Origin: Gammaproteobacteria bacterium
GTDB taxonomy: Bacteria; Pseudomonadota; Gammaproteobacteria; JABABF01
Assembly (NCBI GenBank): GCA_965237805.1
Contig: OZ250153.1
Location: 1,661,585 to 1,725,584, forward strand
Reading direction: 5' to 3'
DNA: 64,000 nt
The notes under the pieces were generated by a model. It saw only the letters and a list, made by a program, of their open reading frames with translations, ran no database searches and was not told the DNA's origin. Made by a program: the position numbers and the translations under genes. Shown in pieces: positions 57,808 through 64,000 of the stretch. How positions within the stretch are numbered: position 1 is the first letter of the stretch; every line of letters begins with the position of its first letter.

Positions 57808-59103
57808 ATGAAAACCAAACTCTTGCAAAGGCTATTTTTGCCGCTTCTGCTGTTGTTGAGCCTATCTCCTTCAGCCCATGCCCAAGCGTCGGCGGTGTCC
57901 TCTGGCGACACGGCTTGGATGCTGGTTGCCTCGGCGCTGGTGCTGATGATGACGCTGCCCGGGCTCGGCCTGCTCTACGGCGGCCTCGCACGCCGCGAAA
58001 ATGCCCTGTCGGTGTTGATTCAATGCTTGGGCATCACCGCCGTCATCTCGTTGCTGTGGTTTGTCTGCGGTTTTTCCTTGGTCTTCGGCTCTGGTGCGCT
58101 GATCGGGGGCTTTGAATACCTGTTCCTGAACAATCTCGATCAACAGACGCTGGTGACATCTATTCCGGTGGAGATTTTTGTGCTCTTCCAGATGACTTTT
58201 GCCATCATCACCCCGGTGCTGATTGTCGGTGCCTATGCCGAACGCACCCGTTTCAGCGCGGTGTTACTGTTCTCATCACTGTGGTTGCTCTTGGTCTACT
58301 GCCCGATCGCGCACTGGGTGTGGGGCGGGGGCTGGCTCGCCGAACTCGGTGTGGTTGACTTTGCTGGTGGCTTGGTGATCCACCTCTGTGCTGGTGCCAG
58401 CGCACTGGTGGCTGCACTTGTCATCGGCCCCCGGCACCGCTTTGCCAAAGGCGAGCCCACAATCCCGCACTCCATGGTCATGGCCTTTGCTGGCATCGGT
58501 TTGCTGTGGGTGGGCTGGTTCGGCTTCAACGGCGGCAGTGCGTTGGTGGCCGACGGCCAAGCGGCCAACGCGATGTTGGCCACTCAGTTGGCGGCCGCTG
58601 CTGGCGCACTGGGTTGGATGGCCATCGAGTGGTACCGCCAAGGCAGCCCCGGCGGGCTGGGCGCGATCACTGGCATCATCGCCGGGCTCGGTGCGGTGAC
58701 CCCTGGCAGTGGTTTTATCGGCCCCATCGGTGCGGTGGTGATCGGCTTCTCTGCTGGCGTCGCCTGTTATTGCGCGACGGTCTACTGCAAACAGAAACTG
58801 CGCATCGACGATTCGATGGATGTTTTCCCGGTGCACGGCATCGCCGGTATTTTGGGCACACTGCTGTTGGCTGTCTTCGCCTTAGAGTCGCTCGGCGGGA
58901 CCGGCGTGCCCGGCGGCAACACGGTGTTGCAACAGTTCGGCGTGCAGGGGCTGGGTGTGGTGTCGGTGTTGGTCTACAGCATGGCGCTGAGCTATGTGGC
59001 ATTGCTGATCACAAAGCGTTTATTGGGCGGTTTACGGGTCAGCGAGTCCGAAGAGGCGCAGGGCTTGGATCTGCGCTCGCACCACGAGCAAGCCTATAAC
59101 TGA
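57808..59103 (+). CDS. amtB: ammonium transporter
   Basis: [37 protein letters not shown]. Confidence 0.96.
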   Translation: MKTKLLQRLFLPLLLLLSLSPSAHAQASAVSSGDTAWMLVASALVLMMTLPGLGLLYGGLARRENALSVLIQCLGITAVISLLWFVCGFSLVFGSGALIGGFEYLFLNNLDQQTLVTSIPVEIFVLFQMTFAIITPVLIVGAYAERTRFSAVLLFSSLWLLLVYCPIAHWVWGGGWLAELGVVDFAGGLVIHLCAGASALVAALVIGPRHRFAKGEPTIPHSMVMAFAGIGLLWVGWFGFNGGSALVADGQAANAMLATQLAAAAGALGWMAIEWYRQGSPGGLGAITGIIAGLGAVTPGSGFIGPIGAVVIGFSAGVACYCATVYCKQKLRIDDSMDVFPVHGIAGILGTLLLAVFALESLGGTGVPGGNTVLQQFGVQGLGVVSVLVYSMALSYVALLITKRLLGGLRVSESEEAQGLDLRSHHEQAYN

Positions 59104-59162
59104 GCAAAGGCATGGCAGGCGGTCTGCCGCTTGCGGCTGATCTCCCGGATCCGCTGTTAGAC

Positions 59163-60584
59163 ATGGCGAAGCAGACACTCTACGATAAATTGTGGGCCGC
59201 TCATCTCGTCCATGAGCGCGATGACGGCGCTGCACTGATCTATATCGACCGCCATTTGTTGCACGAGGTGACCTCGCCGCAGGCTTTCGAGGGTCTGCGC
59301 CACGCCGGTCGCCGCCCGTGGCGAGCCGCCGCCTGTCTGGCGATGGTCGACCACGCCATCCCCACTGAGTCCGCCCAGCGCGGCTCTGGCACCGCCGGCA
59401 TCCGCGACGACTTGTCGCGCATCCAAGTCAAGGCGCTGGACGACAACTGTGCCGACTTTGGCATTGAGCAGTTCTCGCTGGACGACCCGCGTCAGGGCAT
59501 CGTCCATGTGGTCGGGCCGGAGCTTGGGGTCGTGTTGCCCGGCATGACGGTGGTTTGCGGCGATTCTCACACCTCCACGCACGGTGCGCTGGGCGTGCTG
59601 GCAGTCGGCATCGGCACCTCGGAGGTGGAGCATGTGCTGGCCACCCAGTGCCTGTTGCAACAGAAGATGCGCAGCATGTTGGTGCGCTTCGACGGCGCGC
59701 TGGGCGACGGCGTGTCGGCCAAGGACCTGGCCTTGGCTCTGATCGGCCATGGTGGTGCTGCCTTGGGTGTGGGATACGCGCTGGAATTTGCTGGCGAGAC
59801 GGTGTCTGCGCTGTCGGTGGAGGGGCGCATGACGCTGTGTAATATGGCGGTCGAGGCAGGTGCGCGCTGTGGTTTGGTAGCTGTTGATCAGCACACACTG
59901 GACTATGTGCGCCAGCGTCCGTTGGCACCCTCCGGGGAGCTGTGGGAGCGGGCGGAGCGCGCTTGGCGCGAGCTGCACAGCGATGACGGGGCGGTTTACG
60001 CTGCCGAGCTGTCGCTGGATGCCTCGGCCATCGTGCCGCAGGTCAGCTGGGGCACTTCGCCCGATATGGTCGGGCCGATCGACGGCGCGGTGCCGGATCC
60101 GGCGCGGGAGGCTGAGCCGAAGCGGCGCGCACAGCTGGAGCGGGCCTTGGCCTATATGGATTTGGAGCCCGACCGCCCCTTTGCCGAGATCCCGGTGGAT
60201 ACCGTCTTCATCGGCTCCTGCAGCAATGCCCGCATCGAAGATCTGCGCGCGGCGGCGGGGGTATTGCGCGGGCGCCGTCGGCACCCATCCTTGCAGCGGG
60301 CGCTGGTGGTGCCCGGCTCGGGTCAGGTGCGGCGGCAGGCCGAAGCGGAGGGCTTGGCACAGACCTTCATCGATGCTGGCTTGGAGTGGCGCGAGGCGGG
60401 CTGCTCGATGTGTCTGGGCATGAATGACGATAATCAGGCTCCGGGTGCGCGCTGCGCCTCCACCTCCAACCGCAACTTCGAAGGTCGCCAAGGCTTTGGT
60501 GTCCGCACCCACCTGCTGAGCCCGGCGATGGCGGCCGCTGCCGCCGTGTCTGGCCGCCTCGCCGATGTGCGCGAGCTGCTCTAG
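59163..60584 (+). CDS. leuC: 3-isopropylmalate dehydratase large subunit
   Basis: [39 protein letters not shown]. Confidence 0.97.
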   Translation: MAKQTLYDKLWAAHLVHERDDGAALIYIDRHLLHEVTSPQAFEGLRHAGRRPWRAAACLAMVDHAIPTESAQRGSGTAGIRDDLSRIQVKALDDNCADFGIEQFSLDDPRQGIVHVVGPELGVVLPGMTVVCGDSHTSTHGALGVLAVGIGTSEVEHVLATQCLLQQKMRSMLVRFDGALGDGVSAKDLALALIGHGGAALGVGYALEFAGETVSALSVEGRMTLCNMAVEAGARCGLVAVDQHTLDYVRQRPLAPSGELWERAERAWRELHSDDGAVYAAELSLDASAIVPQVSWGTSPDMVGPIDGAVPDPAREAEPKRRAQLERALAYMDLEPDRPFAEIPVDTVFIGSCSNARIEDLRAAAGVLRGRRRHPSLQRALVVPGSGQVRRQAEAEGLAQTFIDAGLEWREAGCSMCLGMNDDNQAPGARCASTSNRNFEGRQGFGVRTHLLSPAMAAAAAVSGRLADVRELL

Positions 60585-60598
60585 CAGCTGAGGGGGCG

Positions 60599-61267
60599 AT
60601 GATGGAATCTTTTGTGGCACACACCGGCTTGGCGGCGGTGCTGGAGCGCAACAATATCAACACCGACGCGATCATCCCCAAGCAATTCCTCAAATCCATC
60701 GGCCGCACGGGCTTTGGCCCCCACCTCTTCGACAATCTGCGTTACACGGCGGAGGGCGTGTTTGGACAGGACTGCTCGCAGCGCGAGCTGAACCCGGATT
60801 TCCCGCTCAATGAGCCGCGCTACAGTGGGGCCAGTATTCTGCTCAGCGGCAGTAATTTTGGCTGCGGGTCGAGTCGCGAGCACGCCGCGTGGGCGCTGCT
60901 GGAATACGGTTTTCACTGCATTGTCGCGCCCTCATTCGCCGACATCTTCTACAGCAACTGCTGCCAGAATGGCCTGTTGCCAGTGGTGCTCCCAGAGGCA
61001 GTTGTGACGGCGCTGTGCCGTCGCGCTGAGGCCGCGCCGCTACAGCTCTGTGTGGATTTACAGAGCCGTCACCTCAGCGTCGTCAGGGCGGCCGGTGCCC
61101 GTGCGGAGGGTTGGGATTTCGAGATCGACGACTTTCGGCGCGACTGCCTGTTACGCGGTGTCGACGACATCGATCTGAGCTTGGAGCAGGAGGAGGCCAT
61201 CCGCGCCTGCGAGGCTCGCCGTCAGCGCGAGGCACCTTGGCTATTCACAGCGATTCCGGCACCCTAA
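60599..61267 (+). CDS. leuD: 3-isopropylmalate dehydratase small subunit
   Basis: TDAIIPKQFL, NFGCGSSREHA, SFADIF. Confidence 0.97.
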   Translation: MMESFVAHTGLAAVLERNNINTDAIIPKQFLKSIGRTGFGPHLFDNLRYTAEGVFGQDCSQRELNPDFPLNEPRYSGASILLSGSNFGCGSSREHAAWALLEYGFHCIVAPSFADIFYSNCCQNGLLPVVLPEAVVTALCRRAEAAPLQLCVDLQSRHLSVVRAAGARAEGWDFEIDDFRRDCLLRGVDDIDLSLEQEEAIRACEARRQREAPWLFTAIPAP

Positions 61268-61322
61268 GGTGCGGTGAGGAACCTTGGCTATTCCCAGAGA
61301 TTCCGCACCCTAAGGTGCGGTG
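61229..61322 (+). repeat. about 47-bp duplication of the leuD end / leuB start junction
   Basis: gagg(c/a)accttggctattc(a/c)cag(c/a)gattccg(g)caccctaaggtgcggtg present twice. Confidence 0.9.
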
Positions 61323-62426
61323 CTGGCCGTGTCTCTGAGTGTTCTGTTACTGCCCGGAGACGGCATCGGCCCCGAGGTGATGGCAGAGGCCGAGCGCGTG
61401 CTGGAGGCCGTGGAGCGCCGCTTTGCTTTGGGGCTGGTATGGCAGCGGGCACCGGTGGGCGGTGCCGCCATCGACGATTGCGGCGAACCGTTGCCGGAGC
61501 GCAGCCTGCGGCTGGCGCGCGCATCGCGCGCGCTGTTGCTCGGCGCGGTGGGTGGGCCACGCTGGGATAGCTTGCCGCGCGAGCAGCGCCCGGAGCGCGG
61601 TTTGCTGGCCTTGCGCAAGGAGCTCGGCCTGTTTGCCAATCTGCGCCCGGTGATCGTGTATCCCGGCATGGAAGGGGCTTCGGCGCTACGTGAAGAGCGC
61701 GTGCGCGGCTTGGATCTGCTGATTTTTCGTGAGCTGACCGGCGGTATCTACTTCTCCGAGCCGCGCGGCGAGCGCCGTGTCGATGGTCGCCGCGAGGCCT
61801 ACAACACCATGCGCTATTCGGAGCCGGAGATCGAGGCCATCGCCCGCATGGCCTTCGAGGCCGCCGCCGAGCGCGGCCAGCACGATCCTGGGCGCGGTCG
61901 GCTGTGCTCGGTGGACAAAGCCAATGTGTTGGAAGTCAGCGTCCTGTGGCGCGAGTGTGTCAGCGCGCTGGCAGCGGATTACCCGACCGTGGCGCTGAGT
62001 CACATCTATGTCGACAACGCAGCCATGCAGATGGCCTTGGCACCCTTGCAATTTGATGTGCTACTGTGCCCCAATCTGTTTGGCGATATCCTCTCCGACT
62101 TGGCTGGTGCAATCACCGGCTCCATCGGCTTATTGCCGTCGGCTTCGCTTGATCGGGCCGGTCGTGGGCTGTACGAACCCTGCCATGGGGCGGCACCGGA
62201 TATCGCTGGCCAAGGCGTGGCCAACCCGGTGGCGATGATCCTGTCGGTGGCGATGATGCTGCGTCATTCGCTGGCTCAGTCCGAGGCGGCGCTGGCGGTG
62301 GAGGGGGCGGTGCGGCAAGTGTTGGCCAACGGCCCGCGCACCCCAGATCTGGCGCTCTCTGGAAGCGCTGCAAGCACTGCCGATGTGGGTCGAGCGGTGG
62401 CCGCATTTGTGGCATCTAAAAAATGA
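61320..62426 (+). CDS. leuB: 3-isopropylmalate dehydrogenase
   Basis: [45 protein letters not shown]. Confidence 0.97.
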   Translation: MLAVSLSVLLLPGDGIGPEVMAEAERVLEAVERRFALGLVWQRAPVGGAAIDDCGEPLPERSLRLARASRALLLGAVGGPRWDSLPREQRPERGLLALRKELGLFANLRPVIVYPGMEGASALREERVRGLDLLIFRELTGGIYFSEPRGERRVDGRREAYNTMRYSEPEIEAIARMAFEAAAERGQHDPGRGRLCSVDKANVLEVSVLWRECVSALAADYPTVALSHIYVDNAAMQMALAPLQFDVLLCPNLFGDILSDLAGAITGSIGLLPSASLDRAGRGLYEPCHGAAPDIAGQGVANPVAMILSVAMMLRHSLAQSEAALAVEGAVRQVLANGPRTPDLALSGSAASTADVGRAVAAFVASKK

Positions 62427-62549
62427 TAAATATTATGATATGACAATTATTTGTGATATTATTCTAAAGTGATGAAAAGAAAATTAATCCGAGACGATTC
62501 TGCCGCTCCTAGGGACGGCGGTGTCGCCCGAGCAAGGGGCTATTGAGCG

Positions 62550-63587
62550 GTGGAGAAACAGTTGCTGGATGTCGCTGTGCTCGGTGCCACCGGTGCCGTC
62601 GGTGCGGCGATGATGGAGGTCTTGGCCGAGCGTGATTTTCCGGTCGCCGAGCTGTATCCGTTGGCCAGTGCGCGCTCGGCGGGGCGCACTGTCCGCTACG
62701 GCGATCGCGAGCTGCCGGTGCAGGATGTCGCGCAATTCGATTTCGGGTGCGTCCAGCTGGCGCTGTTTTCGGCCGGGGCGGCGGCGTCCGAGCGCTACGC
62801 GCCGCAGGCGGCGGCAGCGGGCTGTCTCGTGGTCGACAATACCTCCCGCTTTCGCTATGAAGATGATGTGCCGTTGGTGGTGCCAGAAGTCAATGCCGAG
62901 CGCGTTGCCGACTGGGGCGCACGAGGCATCATCGCCAATCCCAACTGCTCGACTGTCGCGCTGGTGGTGGCGCTGAAGCCCTTGCACGATGCTGCCGGGG
63001 TGACGCGGGTGAATCTCGCCAGCTATCAGGCGGTGTCCGGTGCCGGTCGCCGCGGTGTCGAGGCGTTGTCGCGGCAGAGCGAGGCCGTGCTGGGTGGCGG
63101 TGCGGACGATGGCGATGACAGCCCCTTTCCCGTGCCCATCGCTTTCAATGTCTTGCCCCACATCGACCGCTTCGAGGACAACGGTTATACCCGCGAAGAG
63201 ATGAAGCTGGTGTGGGAGACGCAAAAAATCCTCGGCGACCAGCAGCTCGTCGTCAATCCGACCTGCGTGCGGGTGCCGGTATTCTGTGGGCATTCCTTGG
63301 CGGTGCATCTGGAGACTCGCGAGCCGCTGAGCGCGGCGCAGGCGCGCACCCTGTTGGCCTGCGCGCCCGGTATCCGCTTGCTCGACGAGCCGCACGACGG
63401 CAGCTATCCGACGCCCCGGCAGCAGGGCACCGGCGGCGATGCGGTGTGGGTCGGCCGCCTGCGCGACGACATCTCCCATCCCCAAGGCTTGTCAATGTGG
63501 GTGGTTTCTGATAACCTAAGGAAAGGTGCGGCGCTAAATAGCGTCCAAATCGCCGAGTTGTGGTCGCAATCGCAACTCGCTCGGTGA
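62550..63587 (+). CDS. asd: aspartate-semialdehyde dehydrogenase
   Basis: GATGAVG, NPNCST, QAVSGAG, CVRVPV, DNLRKGAALN. Confidence 0.95.
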   Translation: MEKQLLDVAVLGATGAVGAAMMEVLAERDFPVAELYPLASARSAGRTVRYGDRELPVQDVAQFDFGCVQLALFSAGAAASERYAPQAAAAGCLVVDNTSRFRYEDDVPLVVPEVNAERVADWGARGIIANPNCSTVALVVALKPLHDAAGVTRVNLASYQAVSGAGRRGVEALSRQSEAVLGGGADDGDDSPFPVPIAFNVLPHIDRFEDNGYTREEMKLVWETQKILGDQQLVVNPTCVRVPVFCGHSLAVHLETREPLSAAQARTLLACAPGIRLLDEPHDGSYPTPRQQGTGGDAVWVGRLRDDISHPQGLSMWVVSDNLRKGAALNSVQIAELWSQSQLAR

Positions 63588-63622
63588 CCCAACAGGCAGG
63601 CAATATTCAGGAACGAGTCACC

Positions 63623-64000
63623 ATGACCAGACAGCCCAACAAATTGCAAGACAAGCAATCCCTCAGCCACTTGCTGGCCTGCGCCGTGATGTTGGCGATG
63701 GGATTAGTTGGCGGGATCGCTCTGCCGTCGGCTGCGGTGGCAGGTGAAGTCTGCGATGGCGCAGGCGGTGCCAAGTTCTACGGCCCGATCGCTCATGGCG
63801 AGACCCTGTGGGAAATCGCTCGCGATCTGCGCGACGACGACAGTGTCAGCATCGTGCGGATGGCAGCTGCCATCAAGCGCGTCAACGGAGCTGCTTTCGG
63901 TGGTGGCAATGTGCGCAAGATGAAAGTCTGCAAATATCTGCGTTTGCCGAATCGCTCGCAGCTCGGTCGGGTGTCAGAGCAACAAGCCCGCTCCGAGATC
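63623..64000 (+). CDS. fimV: FimV/HubP-like protein, N-terminal part (LysM), runs off the window
   Basis: Manual translation: signal/TM segment then FYGPIAHGETLWEIA...AF.GGNV..M....LRLP; follows asd as usual. Confidence 0.78.
   Translation, partial: MTRQPNKLQDKQSLSHLLACAVMLAMGLVGGIALPSAAVAGEVCDGAGGAKFYGPIAHGETLWEIARDLRDDDSVSIVRMAAAIKRVNGAAFGGGNVRKMKVCKYLRLPNRSQLGRVSEQQARSEI

Noticed and set aside
59157-60620. Long antisense ORFs (487 aa opposite leuC, and others opposite iscS, fadD, LLM, asd)
   Set aside because: Shadow ORFs typical of high-GC codon usage.
62420-62490. AT-rich patch between leuB and asd as a foreign insert
   Set aside because: Short and probably the asd promoter region; no mobile-element features.

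Overview
High-GC gammaproteobacterial-type chromosome segment (inferred from gene order and protein sequences). Housekeeping blocks are tRNA-Ala(CGC), iscRSUA-hscBA-fdx-iscX, ndk-rlmN-ispG-hisS-yfgM-bamB-der, dnaX-recR-rnd, amtB and leuCDB-asd-fimV. Accessory content includes an actinobacterial-type sterol side-chain degradation cluster (OB-fold pair, Ltp4/Ltp3-, FadD19-, EchA19-, racemase- and F420-type LLM-like genes), a GltD-like/korAB operon, a tandemly amplified region with three membrane-anchored 42-aa-repeat TPR genes and korB/SDR remnants, a rubrerythrin-FeS-DUF3501 operon, and a mosaic region at about 43.4-50.8 kb. Three signals stand out. (1) A 111-nt tRNA-Glu-like RNA with its own sigma70 promoter has a greatly extended anticodon arm (50660-50770). 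(2) A 16x26-bp array amplifies the rlmN/ispG stop-SD-start junction into 15 translationally coupled 9-codon mini-ORFs with only synonymous variation (8381-8795). (3) The TPR arrays have position-specific hypervariable codons. All family assignments come from motif recognition by eye; no database search was run.
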